A DNA stretch of 63,669 nt, filler included, from Dugesia japonica (GCA_001938525.1; 5 parts of 5 records of this genome joined end to end with filler, not necessarily neighbours in it); one strand, 5' to 3'. Shown: positions 12,245 to 26,392, numbered from the whole stretch's first letter. A program made the numbers and translations. Notes: generated by a model not told the origin, from the sequence alone.

Positions 12245-13668
12245 AATTGAAATTTGAGAACCTGATGGAAGATTGTATTTGTGTTTTCTCTGTGGTTCTA
12301 ATTCTTTTTCCGCAGGTTTACATCTGTTCATATGTATAATTGAAGAATCATCATTTTTATATTTTATATAATGTAAATTTGGTTCTGATATCTTGACAAT
12401 TTCATAAGGACCTTTAAATGGTCTGTCTAATTTGTTTGTTAATTCCTTTTTGTTTAGAGGAGAATTTATTCGAATTTTATCACCAACTTTAAACGGGTAA
12501 GTTTTTGCATCTTTATCATAGTATTCTTTGTACTGCTCTTGTTTAAATTTAATAATCAATCTTGCCTGGTGATTTACTTCCTGTAATTGTTCTTGCATTT
12601 TTAAAATATAATCTGGAGTCTCCATGTATTTGGATACAGATGGCTCAAATGTAATATCTGTTGGCATTATATTTTGTCTAAAGAACATAAGATAGAAAGG
12701 AGAATATCATGTACTCTCGTTTGCTGTTATATTATGAATATGAAGAACCGGTTTAATATATAAGTCTCAATCGTCTTTCTTCTTATTTACGAACACAGAT
12801 AATCGATTACATAATGTGCTGTTGAATCTTTCTACTAATCCGTCTGTTTGTGGATGATACGNAGTAGTATTGATTTTTTTAATATTGAACATCTCTGTCA
12901 CATGTCTAATTGTTTCACTTAAAATGTTCCTTCCCCGATCTGATAACAGTTTTCGAGGTGTTCCAAATTTAAAGATGATTTTTTCGACTATTAGTCTGGC
13001 GACTGTTTCTGATGTCTCATCTCTTGTTAGGAACGCTTCCGCTTACTTAGTGAATCAATCACTAAATACCAATTTGTGTATATTACCTTTTATGGTAAGA
13101 GGCAGTTTACAAAGGAAATCAATTGCGCACCTCTCTATGGGTGCACTTGGCACTGGCATAGGTTTCAATGGAGCTTTTATCTTTATTCTTGTGTTTTTTC
13201 TAGTGGCACATACTGAACATGCTTGGCACCATTTGTAGACATTTCTTTTGATGTCTTCCCAATAGTATTTTGATAATATTCCTGAAGCTGTTTTTCTATT
13301 TGATAAATGCCCTCCAAGAGCACCATCATGATATTGTAGTAATAATTTCTTCTTTAGGGTATCTGGAACTATTAAAAGTCTTTGATTGCTTAGATTTTTA
13401 TATACTACAAGACCCTTATAAATTTCATATTTTGCATTTTCCCCTTTTTTATTTGCTCTTTATTTGTTTTAATATTTTGATCTTTTTGCTGCTCCTACAT
13501 GAACACTTTTGATTTATCTCTTTTTATAGACATTCCCAGTATTTTGTTAGCGTTCATTTCGGGTACTGGTATTCTTGATAATACATCTGCATTTTTGTTT
13601 GCTCTGTCTGGTTTATATATAATTTTGATACTCATATCTTGTATTTTCATGGCCCATTTTAGTATTCT
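12245..13668 (-). mobile_element. Gypsy/Ty3 pol pseudogene (RNase H end + integrase)
   Basis: IIYKPDRANKNADVLSR; HHCC zinc-binding region (YHDGALGGH...CQACSVC); core FGTPRKLLSDRGRN, YHPQTDGLVERFN, YSPFYLMF; GPY module (RPFKGPYEIV..IHMNRCKP). Several stops. Confidence 0.93.
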
Positions 13669-13789
13669 NNNNNNNNNNNNNNNNNNNNNNNNNNNNNNNN
13701 NNNNNNNNNNNNNNNNNNNNNNNNNNNNNNNNNNNNNNNNNNAGATGTATGGTCTTAACTGCTTTAATGCAGATATTATGGCATAGCAT

Positions 13790-14005
13790 TTCTTTCAACC
13801 AAAAATAACCCAAACTAACCAATATCGAGGAAATAAGTAACAAAATTCACCCAAAACTCACCCAACCGATCAATCTCGAGGAAATCTTGAACCAATTTAC
13901 CTGAACCAAACACAATTTTAACCAAATCGTCCCAAAATGAACCAAATTAACCATTTCCGAGGAAATATTCTACTAATTTCACAAATAAAATACCCTTATG
14001 AGCAA
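13790..14005. repeat. Reverse-complement copy of the 7200-8230 repeat family
   Basis: Revcomp ttgctcataagggtattttatttgtgaa matches ttgctcacaaaggtattttatatgtgaa at ~7866. Confidence 0.65.
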
Positions 14006-14105
14006 NNNNNNNNNNNNNNNNNNNNNNNNNNNNNNNNNNNNNNNNNNNNTTAATTAATTAANNNNNNNNNNNNNNNNNNNNNNNNNNNNNNNNNNNNNNN
14101 NNNNN
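14006..14105. other. Artificial contig linker (44N-TTAATTAATTAA-44N)
   Basis: Identical 100-bp construct occurs four times. The 12-mer has stops in all six frames. Confidence 0.95.
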
Positions 14106-14390
14106 TAATAATTAATTAACAATAAAAAAATAAAGAATATGGCCATTATTTGATCTTGGAATATTATTCTGAATAGCCTTTTACTTAATTTATCAAAAAG
14201 ATATTTTTTATTATAAAATATTGAAAGTTTATTTTACCTTAGTTCGTCGCAATTCATTCAATTTTAATTTATATTTTGTATAACTTCATTTATAATTTTA
14301 TTATTAATTATAAGGAAATATATAATTAAAATTGAATTTCAAAATGCATCAAAATAAATTTAAAATGAATGAAATTAAAATATCAAAATC

Positions 14391-16101
14391 TCACTCATGA
14401 TGTTTTAATTCTTTATCCGAATCAGTGTTAAAAATACATAAGGAACATTTGTATTCTGAATTGGTATTCTTATTCATATTATTATTATTATTCATATGTT
14501 TCATTAAATGTATCTTTAATAGAGTTTCTTTGCGTGTAACATAACCACATTCATCGCAAAAATATCTGTTGGATTTAAAATCAATCTTTTTGTAAGCAGA
14601 TAAAGTATTATCGTTAAGCGTCGAATTAAAACTTTTCAGATTCATATTAAGTTTCATCAAATAATTTCTTCTATGATTCTTTTGGTAGTGAAAGCGCAAA
14701 TGAAAATAATGAGTAGCTTTAAAAGAACATTTACTGCAGTGAATTTTAAATGTTGATTTCTTTGTTATATATTTATTTATTATATTTATGTGATTTTCTT
14801 CAGTTGGAAAAGATTTATTAAAATTTTCAGTGGGTTTTCGACAACTCAAATCTTCTGGCTCTTCATTATTGTAGTTCATAATTTTTAATGTGTCACCTTC
14901 TACATGGTTTGAAAGGTGATTTAATAAAAATTTATTATGACTAGCTTTGTAACTACAATGAGTACATCTGAAAAGGTAATGACATATTTCTGAATGTTGA
15001 AATTGATGAATTTGAGCAGCATCTGCATTTACCGTAGTATAAGAGCAATGAGGACAGGAATATTTGTAGGACACCATAGAATTGTTTTCCTCCGATGATT
15101 TTGGCTTTAAAATTAAATACATCTCTTCATCTGAAGATGCATGATTTATTGCAGTATGTTGAAATAATTCTTGATATGATTTAAATAGTTCTCCGCAATT
15201 CAAACATCTTGTAGAATTGGGTACATTTTCTGTTTGATCAGAATTTTCAAATTTTTCGATTGGAATTGATTGCACTTTGACTTTACTAAGATTTTGATCC
15301 ATAACTCCATGTATTGAAGTTACCTTATGTTTAGCTTTAACATGACGCAATAATGAATTACGATAGTCAGTTCCGTATTGGCACAGTTTGCAGTTGAAAG
15401 GTCGTTCTGGATGATGGTTTTTGGTAATGTGATGAGAGACTTGTATCTTTTCTCGATGACTAAATTGACATAAATTACACTGCCAAAGTTTTCTCTGTTG
15501 ATTATTTATCTGTTCATTAGCTCCGTTTGATATTTGTGAACTTTGTTCGTTATCATTATCAACATTTTCGGCTTGCTTTAAATTTTCGCCCTGTTGTTCA
15601 TCGTTGTTAACATAATCTAGTAATACTATATCGGATAAAAATACTATTGATGCTAGGTTGTCATGTTTTCGACGAATGTGACGAGAAATATCACTTCGAT
15701 AATTACTACGGTAACCACAGCCATCACATTTTAATCTTTTTAATCTTAAAGTATCAATTCTAGGATTTTGTGATTGAAATGAAGACGTTGTGGGAGATGT
15801 TATTTGAGATATTGTTGATGTATTTTCACTTTTTTCTTTTTCAGAACTGTTATCAATAGACGAAGTGTTTTCTGTAGGGCTATTTATTCCAGATTTGTTT
15901 TCTATAAATGAACTACAAGTGAAAGAATTCGAATTTGATATTGATAAATTCCCACTAATTGAACCTAATCCAGCTGTTCTTCGTCGGCGCTTATATTGAC
16001 AAATTGTACTTTTAGCCTCTTCCATAGTAAGAGTAATCACTTCAGCTTGTCTTTGATGAACTTGCTTGATATGTTTATTAACATCCCATTTCCAATTACT
16101 T
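14391..16101 (-). CDS. Multi-C2H2 zinc-finger transcription factor, exon 6 (large; probably not the last)
   Basis: Acceptor AG at 16103-16102, reading R-SNWKWDVNKHIKQVH then many CxxC..HxxxH fingers. The last finger is incomplete and the stop overlaps a potential donor (GA|GTGAGA). Confidence 0.9.
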
Positions 16102-16148
16102 CTAAATTTTAAGCCATTAGATGTAGTTTAAATATACATGTACTTTAC

Positions 16149-16324
16149 CTATGCCCGCAAGATGAACATTTATAAGGTCGGTAATAACCTTCTTCTGATT
16201 CAAATGAGTTATGAGATCTGGCTTTATTGGCCTTTGTGGAATTTAAATAACTCTGTAACGTAGCTTTTGCGTCTTCATAACTTAACTCTAATGTGGTAAT
16301 ACCATCTCTTTCTGGATGAGCAAC
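16149..16324 (-). CDS. Zinc-finger gene, exon 5
   Basis: tattag|GTT GCT CAT (VAHPERD...YRPYKCSSCGHR)|gtaaag. Completes the finger begun in exon 4. A 47-nt intron follows. Confidence 0.9.
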
Positions 16325-18242
16325 CTAATATAAAATAAATTTAATATAAAGTTTTAAATTGATAAACTTTTTTGATTATTTAAATTAATTTTATCTTAGA
16401 AATGGACGGTGACCAATTACATCTTCTAGTAAGAAGGTTAGAATGTAAAAAAATTTTAATAATGGAATACATTATCATTAAAAGTTATGTGGATAGTATA
16501 ATTATTTATACTTTTTGGAATAAAACCTTTTAACCCCTTAACTATCAATGTTGAGTTCATTTGTAATGACAAAACAATAATTTTTTACTTATCTTAAAAA
16601 AGTATTCTTCATCAAGATACAATTTATTATTGCAAATGTATATTTTTTTAAAAAAGAAACTGTGTTCAGGCTTTATTATGAAAGTATTGAAAGCTAATAG
16701 ATTCTTGTTATTCAAAATAAAATTAAAAGGTCAAATGGAAAAAATAAAAATCTCTATATCCACAACCAAAATAATACCAAATAATATAACCTCAGTAATA
16801 AGTCTCTCAATAACTCATATAATTCCTTGATTATAAAAGTAAACTTTCTATTTTCCCGATAATTTATTTTGTCTAATTTTTTTTTTATAAAATAATTTTA
16901 ATATATTCCATAAAATTGATAACCTTCTCAGTGGAAAATAAGCATAATAAAAATGTATTATAAAAAAAACAANTTAAAATTCTTTTGAAATTGAAAATTT
17001 ACTTTTTATGTATACTGTTATCAAAAATGTCAATATTAATAGGAAAATATTTTACCTAATCTTTTAAAAATAAAAGATAGAAACTATAAGGAAATAATTA
17101 TGAATAATTTCATCCAATAAAATTTGATGGAAATAATTAATTTTATACAAATGTTTTGTTTTATACAATCCTATATTTATTGGAATTAGATATATTTGAT
17201 ACTTGTAAAATAGAAAATCTGATATGAATATTTGTGATTTAGAAAATAAATTATCTTTACCCACAATCTTTCAAATTTTTCCGATAATTATAAATTAAAA
17301 AAATAAGAAAATTTCATTTATGACAAGAAAATTTTTTTTATTTTATTAACTTTAGCGGTTTAAATTTATATTAAACAGTTATTTTAAACTGATAAGTCCG
17401 CATTATTATTCCGAACAAAGATATGGAGAGTAATGTTAAGTACGGAAATTTGATTTAAATAGCAAAATTTTAAGAATTCAAACGATTAATATTTTAAGTA
17501 GGTGATTTTTAGAAGTATAAGAATATTATTTTTCTATTTATAATAGTTGAACTAATATAATTTATTCGAGATTAACAAAATTAATGAACTTAATTATTAA
17601 TAAAAGAAAATTCTAACTAAAAACTCAATGTTTTCAAAAATTTCTATTTTAATTTTATCAGCTTTACACGGGTTCATGTTCAAATATCGACAAAATTCTT
17701 TTGTCATTTTAATGAATAAATTTCATTCTAGATTAATATTTTTTATATTTCAATTGAAAACTTAATATTTACAAAGGCAAACAAGAGTAATCGTGACAAA
17801 GTTCAGATTTTTGAATAATTCACTAAATGTTTGATTCTAAATCACTTAAACTTTAGTTTTAAACGCAAGAGAAATAATGAAAAAAATATTCTAAGTTGAA
17901 AAATGCGATAATTGAAATAAGATATACAAGAATATTAAGACTTTAAAAGCTATAACTATATAAACATCAAACAGTCAATGTAATCATTGTCGTATTACAA
18001 CTATATAATTAAAAATTTGTGTAAATTGGACTGCACCACAATTTCTTAAACTTAACTTATTTAAACAATCTATACTAATTAATTTTCTTACGAATTTGAT
18101 ATAGTCACATTCATATCATGTGACAATAACCTTTCATATATTTAGTTAAATGCTAATTTTTCATCTTCGAGATTTTTTCAGAATATTCCAATTGATAATT
18201 TTGAAAAATATTCAATAAATTTAATTATATTCAACAATTTAC

Positions 18243-18809
18243 TTTAATATGTTTGTTAATATCCCATTTCCAATTAGATCTATGTCCGCATGCAGAACAT
18301 TTAAATCGTTTCCAGTGCTCCTGATGAGCATTAATTAAGCCTGTTGAATTTTCTTTAAATTTTCCTTCATTATTTGTTAATTTAGGAGTAGAGAATATTC
18401 CGTTGACATTTTTGAAAGACTTTTCCAAATCTAAAAGGCTGGGTTTTGTTGGTATAGGAAATTCAAATTCACCATTTGATGTAACGATCTCTTTAACTGT
18501 TGGATGAAATGCTGATGTATTTTGAGGAATAAGCAAATTAACATTATTTGATGCTATTGAATTAATGTTTGCTGTGTTTGATATGGATGAAATTGAAGTA
18601 GCTGGAACAAAGTTATCTGATTTCATAGATGTTCCTATAAATTGAGAATGTAGCAGTGTATTTGGCATTATCTGTGATGGCAGAATTCCATTCATGTTAT
18701 TGAACACTCTACTTACAAAGTCATTGAATGAAAAGTTACTTTGAGGACCCAAAACTGATAGAAATTCATTTTTCATTCCTTGTAGAAATCCAGGGGTAGT
18801 TTGATGAGC
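18243..18809 (-). CDS. Zinc-finger gene, exon 4
   Basis: tttaag|GCT CAT ... FKCSACGHRSNWKWDINKHIK|gtaaat. Phase 0 at both ends. Confidence 0.9.
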
Positions 18810-19421
18810 CTTAAAGATGGATAATAAGAATTTCAAAATAAGATAAAATATTTTTATGCAATCTACATAACAATAAAGGACAACGTCAAGATTTTCTATA
18901 TAACTTTACTGCTTACCTTTTTTCAAGTTGTATTCCATGATTAATGAATCGTACTAAACACATGAAAATACAATAATAGATGTAACTGTTTTTAAAATAA
19001 TAAATTTATTTTTGATAGAAATTTTATTCAATTAATTTGTATGAAGATTAATAATAAAGAAATTTAGTAAAGACAATATTTATCGATTTTTTTGCTTGAA
19101 TAATTCAGTTACAAAAGTCATTTAATTTATCTACTAGTAATAAATGACGCAATGCTAAAGATCGGATTTTGTTTCATTTATTTAGAGTAAAGATTGTCTG
19201 TGTTTTACAGAAGACTATCTTATCATTCAGTTATTGTGTGTTTGCAAGCATGTAGTTCCGAAATATGCAATATAAAGAAAATCAGTAAAAATGCACATAC
19301 ACACCATAATAAATGAAGAAATTGCCATCTTAATTAATCAATATAGCTTGACAATGTAATTAACAATGACCAAATTGATATAATATAATATAACATAATA
19401 TAATATAATATTTAAACTTAC

Positions 19422-20539
19422 CGAGAAATCTGGTACAGTACTCATACTGATAGTAGATTTAAACCCAATATCGTTATTCGATGTTGATTGACAATTTTGG
19501 TTATTAATAATTTGTGGCAAAGTATTTAAATTTATCGGGAAACTCGCGGAATTTAAGGAACTGCAATTTGTAGTCAAATTCAGTCCAACTTCTGATTGCA
19601 TTGTGAAATGGTTGTTTTTTTTTTCATTCAATAATGTAAGATGAGATGAATTAAAATTTAACAGATGAACTGATTCTTTATGTTCATGAAAAAGATGTTC
19701 TTTTGAAGTTATAAAATTACACAGGTCACACGAGAAGGATTCTGTCTGTTCATCTGTTTTTGTTTTATCGATTATCATTGATATAATGTCATTTACATGA
19801 TCTGTATTTTTATTGTTTGAGACTTGTGTAGGTAAGGGATCTTGAAGTATTTCATCTTCATTTACTTCTTTGATGTCTGTTCCAGCATTATTCTTATACT
19901 GGGACATTATTGATGCAAGTTCTTCTTCTGAATTAAAGTGACCTCTATGATGGGATTCAATGTGTCTCTTTAGATCACCTTTCCATGCACTTCTGTATTT
20001 ACAAAACACACAGCCAAATGGTTTTACTCCCATATGTAATCTACGATGTCTTTTTAACTCACTTTGGTATTTTGCTACATACATACAGTATGAACATTTA
20101 TAACTTCCAGCTCTTGTTTTTGCACCATCCCTGCTTGCCTTTTGAAATCCATGTACTTCACTTAAATGTGCAGCTAAATCACCATGCCAAGGAAATGTAA
20201 CAGGACAAATATTGCATCTATATCTTCGGCGAGAATCTGATATCTGCCTCACTTGTTTATTTGAGCTAGAACTCATGGGTGATCCACCATCTCTTGACTG
20301 ACTGTCTGTGACACTATTCGTATAAAATTCTGATTTAATTTCCAACATTCCATTTTCGTCATTATTTTCATGCTTCACAGAAGTAATTTGTAAATTGATC
20401 TGTTTATTATCATCGACTGGAATCATATTTTCGCCATGTTCTTTTTCCATATGTGTATCAAGCAATTGCATACTGGAAGTAAAATAATTGCATTGTGGGC
20501 ATATGCTCAACACTGAATCATCTGTTACTGACATAGCTT
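19422..20539 (-). CDS. Zinc-finger gene, exon 3
   Basis: C2H2 fingers (CPQC, CNIC, CSYC, CVFC with HMGVKPF linker, CDLC). Donor TCG|gtaagt; acceptor tttag|AA GCT ATG. Confidence 0.92.
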
Positions 20540-20587
20540 CTAAATTTTAGAAAGTCAATATTAATATAAACTTGTAATTAATTATAC

Positions 20588-20642
20588 CTCTGTCTTCGTT
20601 AACAATTGATTTCGAAGTATTGATGAATTGATTTGTTACACA
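20588..20642 (-). CDS. Zinc-finger gene, exon 2 (55 nt)
   Basis: ttattag|TGT GTA...AGA G|gtataa. Open frame with compatible phases; flanked by 43- and 48-nt introns. Confidence 0.6.
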
Positions 20643-20685
20643 CTAATAAAAATATAATATTTTAATTATCTAAAAATACAATTAC

Positions 20686-20709
20686 AGCTGGACTGCTTTC
20701 ACTTTTCAT
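20686..20709 (-). CDS. Zinc-finger gene, putative first coding exon (MKSESSPA)
   Basis: ATG at 20709; donor GCT|gtaatt; in frame with exon 2. Confidence 0.5.
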
Positions 20710-23700
20710 AGATACTAACTGTCTAATCTAAAACGATTTTGTGTGAAATTTATAAAAATTTTTCTTGTTCAATTAAATTTATAAACATGAGAATCTTTCA
20801 CCTTGAAGTTAATGATTGTGTAAAATACGATGTCTAATAAATTTATATAACAATTTGTATGTATTTTTAAACAATTTTAATTGGTCAATACTGTTAGTGT
20901 GTATTATTTCTTTTATCAGCGCACGCTTTTCATGCTGGTTGGTAGCTTATGTCAAGAGGGCCGAATATGATAGATAATAGTTCTATAAATTCAGGAAGAG
21001 ACGCGTTTATATATTATATTTGTGTTATTATTATTTTACTGATAATATATGATTATCTTTACTACAACACTGACATTATCAATTTCACTCATTTTACTAA
21101 TCAAATTTTTTTAAAGAACGAAGTTCAATTTGCTTTTGTACAACGTTAAAATCATTATTTAGTAATTTTATCTATTTAGTTTCCAAGCTAATTCACTTGA
21201 AAATTTTNNNNNNNNNNNNNNNNNNNNNNNNNNNNNNNNNNNNNNNNNNNNNNNNNNNNNNNNNNNNNNNNNNNNNNNNNNNNNNNNNNNNNNNNNNNNN
21301 NNNNNNNNTCATAAGATTATAAAAATATTCAATTTAATGTGAAACATGTGATGAGTGATGAAGTTGAACCTTTGATAATTTTCAATTGAAAATCTCTAAC
21401 TAGTAACCAGTTCAAAATTATTGTTGTTAATAAAGATAACAAATTTCAACGATAGGCTGTCTTTTCTCTGTTAGTTGGCATCAAACGAAGATAAAATACA
21501 TGCAGTAATTCGATGTGCAGGTTCGCACATTGTACTGTGTTAATATTGTTGCTACTTGATGATAACAATGTACAAGTGTTTTTTTAATAAATTCTATTAT
21601 CAGAAAATTGGCTCTTAATATTGAATGTTTAACATCCACATTTACCTATTATAATTTGCATTGTTTTATTGTTCGAATAAATCTGGCCAACTGACACAGC
21701 ATCGAATACATGCATGCAATATCTAATTCAAAATATGCATGCAAACTGTAACTAGATAATGAACATGTTAACTAGTGGCTTGATGCTTATATTTTATAAT
21801 ATAAAGAACCATAGATAATTGAATTCTAATTGAATAACGTAGGAAGGAAATTGAATTACCGTAAAAATCAATATCACTATTAATTTAAATAAATAAATTT
21901 CTTATGTATTCATATATTTTATATATTAACTTAGGTAATACTAGTTATCAATTTGTGTTATGTTCCACTTATATAACACAAGCTAATAAATTGACACACG
22001 ATCCACTTATTTCTGATCTTATTGATTTTATTTTAAGAGGCTGTATTGTGTGAATAGTATAAAATAAGAATAAAAAACATTAAGCAGTTATACATCTGAT
22101 ACAGAATGTTGAACTTTGGAATGTTTCAAATGAAAAATATTGATATTTCCATTTTATTATTAAATCATTTGTAAATTCCAAAGGTTTCAAATGAGGTTTC
22201 AAAAAGGCTTTTAATAATTTTTCTTATTTTTAATATATAAATTATTATCAAGCTTTCTACGAAATTGAAATTTCAAACAATCCAATGTCTATTCATTAAG
22301 AATCATTTGTGCGTTGGTGTATAACAGTGTGTGTAGAGCAAGTGTAATGTAAATAATTCATAAGAAGATGCAAAGCGGATATGCCATAGAACGGATGTTA
22401 TTAAAACCAGCTTTGCTCCTGGTGGTAGTTCTTACTAGAATTGGCTTGTGCTAATATTCAATGTTCTTAGTAATAGCATCAGATTTATCTGACTTTAATA
22501 TTTTATACTGGCATTTGCGTAGAAACAAGATTAAATATGTAATTTTTTTTTAAATTATGAAAAAAATTTAAAACAAAATAAATGATATTAATATATTTAT
22601 AATTTTAATAAGTTTTGTTTATTCGCAATGGTATATTACATTTGAAAAATACATTACGAGTTTGTTGATAATTAATACATTTTAAATGTAGTATTTAATT
22701 AAGTCTCATTTAAAAATTTTATCAGAAATGTATTTTATCTGTTTAAATCTGAATGAAGTAATGATTTTTTGTAAGTATTCCAAATAATTTAAGATTATAA
22801 ATTAATTCTAAAATAATTTTATAAAAATCAATGTAACTCATTGGAAAAATCCTTTATAATTTATTGTAACCACAAATGAAAATCATTTAAGTATTATTTT
22901 AAGAATTAAATCAAAAACGCTATTTATCCCTCTATTTTATTGAAATAAAATATAAAACTGAAATTTTCATTTAACTGTCAATTATAGTAATCTGTTGTTT
23001 CTTAAAATCAATTCTAATCAGGATTCTATTGACCATAAGTGTCTTATACACTGAAAATATTGTGAGAAATATAATTAAACTTTACATCAAAAATTTTCAA
23101 CAAATATTGGAGATTTTTCTATCTTTCAAAATTAAACAATTCAGGCTAACTGATTTTCTTAATTTATTTATGTTTGGGTGTTGGTAAAGAATTTTTATTC
23201 ATATTTTATTTAAATAACTTTCTATCATTAAATTATTTTAAAAAGTAAATTAAATTCTTGGTCAAATTAAGTCTGATATCTTTCAAAAACCATTGATTTG
23301 AAAAGTGTTTTAATAACCTTACTTAATAAAAAAATCAAAATACATAGAGATTTCATTTTAAAACGTAATTATTATATAATTCGATTAAAAAAAAACTCCA
23401 AATGATTATTATATCAAAATAAAAATATTGAAAGATTTTTCGCTACATTTACTATTTTTAAGGAAATTTTGGAAAAAAGAAAAAAGAAGCTCAATTTTAA
23501 ATTTATCATAGAAAAGTAAATTATCAATTGCAACCAATTGGTAAAATTAATATTTTATTGTGAAAACAGATTTTTTTTTAATTGTTCATATTTTAAGGAA
23601 GTCTTGCTTCATATTCATATAAAATTCATATAAATCATTTCAAAATGAGTTCAGATGTCTTTAAATCACTATGACACGAATAAACAAAAATTAAATAGGT

Positions 23701-26392
23701 TCTATTTAAGAGGACTGGCTTTTATCAATAAAACATCTGAAATAAAAAATCTAAATGTTATGAAAAACAAAGAAATAAACGACATGAATTAATCAGAGAA
23801 GTAATCACTGAAAAAGTTGATAGTCGATAAAATTGGAAATATAATAAATATAATATTTTAAAGCTTTTCTTTTTTAATGGAGATTTTAAATTAGATCATT
23901 AGTCGAATTGAAAAAAAATTATTCTTAAGATAATCATAAAAAATTATTTAAAAGCAGTTGATATTCTGAAAATCTATTTTAATAGTTATATGAATTGACT
24001 TTCAAGTTGATTCAGTCTAAATTTGTGTAAATTATTAAAAAAAATTGACACAAGAATAAAGAGAAATTTTCAAATTGAAAATTAATATCCAATGAAAATC
24101 GATTTTACTCAGATTTATTTAACATCTGTCTTTATGCCAAAGTTTGTGATAAAAATATACTGAACAATAGTTCCTGACGAAATATTTAAAATTAAAGAAG
24201 AGCAACTTTGATATTTGCTTATAAAAACATTTTTTGAAATTAAAATAATTCGTTGTTAAAAACGAGTTTATAAAATTTTAAGAAATCAATAATTTTATTT
24301 TTAAAATTTCAAAATTTTTTTGCAGTATTGTTTATTCATTATTGCTTTTATAGATTCTATTCAGCTTGAAATTTGATTTAAAGTTTAAATTAAGTTTAGA
24401 ACGAAGCCTTCATTTGACCGATAATGTAGAATATCAAATTTAAATAATACAACAAACAGAGCAGATGTTGTTACAGAAAATTTTTAGAACTAACATAATC
24501 GAGTAATAACTACAATTTTTATTAATAAATCGATTTACCTGTGCAGAAACAACAGCAACAAGATGTTTGCTATAATCATACAAGCACTTGTCAGTGGACA
24601 GTTTGGACACCAAAGACAACAAATCTACATATAACTGATTTACCGATGAACAAAACAGCAATTTTTGCTTTTGATCTCATTNNNNNNNNNNNNNNNNNNN
24701 NNNNNNNNNNNNNNNNNNNTTTTATTTATTACGCTGGAATTAAACGCAGGTTAGTTCGAATTAAAAATTGATATTATGACAGCTTTAAAACACTAATCTA
24801 ATTATATATAATTATGTTTAACTTTTATTTCACAACAACTAATTGATTTTTAGTTTAAAAATTGTTGTCTTGGCAAATTATGTGCGAGACAACAGATTCA
24901 AGCATGAGTTATATGCTTGTTCTATATGCGAATAAAACATAGAGTCGAATCAATGCATTTTTGTAATCTGATAAGATATTGAGAACAAACATTCTTCTTA
25001 TATGAATGAGTGCATGGAAATGAGTAACTTTCTTATCTTTGATTAAAATTCAAATACAAATTTGTAGATTTCACGTTAATCTAAATATCTATATTAACCC
25101 AACTAATAAAAGTATTGATTAAAGTTTTATTTATAATTTATTATTTAATTTTCAATAACTAACTTTTTATTAATAATTTGTATAACAAAAGATAACTAAA
25201 CAACCTCATTAATCTATAAAATAAAACTAAATTATATTTTACTACTACACTTCTGAAATCATTAAATATTATTCAATACACCATTACGAATTCTTAGTGA
25301 AAAAGTAACACAATTATATTTATCTATTTAAAGGTGTTCGTTAATAAAATAATTTTCATTCGTTAATTTTAATTTTTGCTACGAAAATAGTTATAAACTA
25401 ATAAAGTATAAAATATTTTCTTTGAAATATCATTAGAAATTATAATTAATAATCAAATCATAAACAAAATAATCAAATTTAAATATTATAGGTTTAACTT
25501 AAGTAAAACGAAATTCTGTAAACAGTGAAATCTTGTTAAACCGTCATGTATATTTTATTATAAATGTAAATTTATAACGGACAACTTACAACTGAAATTC
25601 CTTTGTGGTCCTATATTCGAGTTTAATAAACGTTTCTAACTGTCGAAGTAGAGAATCTAGTAAATATAGAATTTAATTTTTACCATCATTATTTCTTAAT
25701 GTTCTAGAATCTGCCTGAATCCGATCAGAATTAAATATATTTATTTCTATATATTTAATTTAGACAGTTTATTAAATGTCAAATTAATTGGCAGTTAGAA
25801 TTAAATTTTGTATAATTTCAAATATTCTTTTTGAACTCAGAAAATAGTAAAATAAATTTGAAAAACGGATTTTTATTTTTTTTAATATTTAATTAAATAC
25901 AAGAATTAATTAATTAATTAATATAAATTTAAATAATCTACCAAAATTTGCAATTTGCTATCAATAAATCAACGGAATAAATTATCGATCATCAAAAGCA
26001 ACACACTCGTGACAATTTGAAGCAGATAAATTTACATAACCTAACCAAATGATTTGACAAAGGACCTTTCTATGTGTTTCCTTTAACTGTTGTTTAGTCA
26101 GTGAAATGCGATTCTTTGAATTAATTATTTATCTATGGTGTATTAATTGGAATAGTGATAATCTATTTATGCACTCTTTTATCGACCGTTTACAGCAATA
26201 TGAGTTCGACTATTATTTACGTTGTTTATAAAATTCTAGATAATCATAGCTACTAAATATTTTTATGCAATCATGAAAAATTATTTTACTTTAAAAATCC
26301 TATTAATGCTATTTTATTTGAATTTTCCAACTTTAAGTTGTTTTACTAAAACAACTTTACTTGTTGTAAAATAAATATACCAGTAAAATATG

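Noticed and set aside
12870-13786. Plus-strand ORFs of 80-122 aa
   Set aside because: Antisense shadows of the Gypsy pol.
18917-18938. Possible alternative first exon (MEYNLKK) with a strong donor in the zinc-finger gene
   Set aside because: Phase 1 is incompatible with the phase-0 downstream acceptor.
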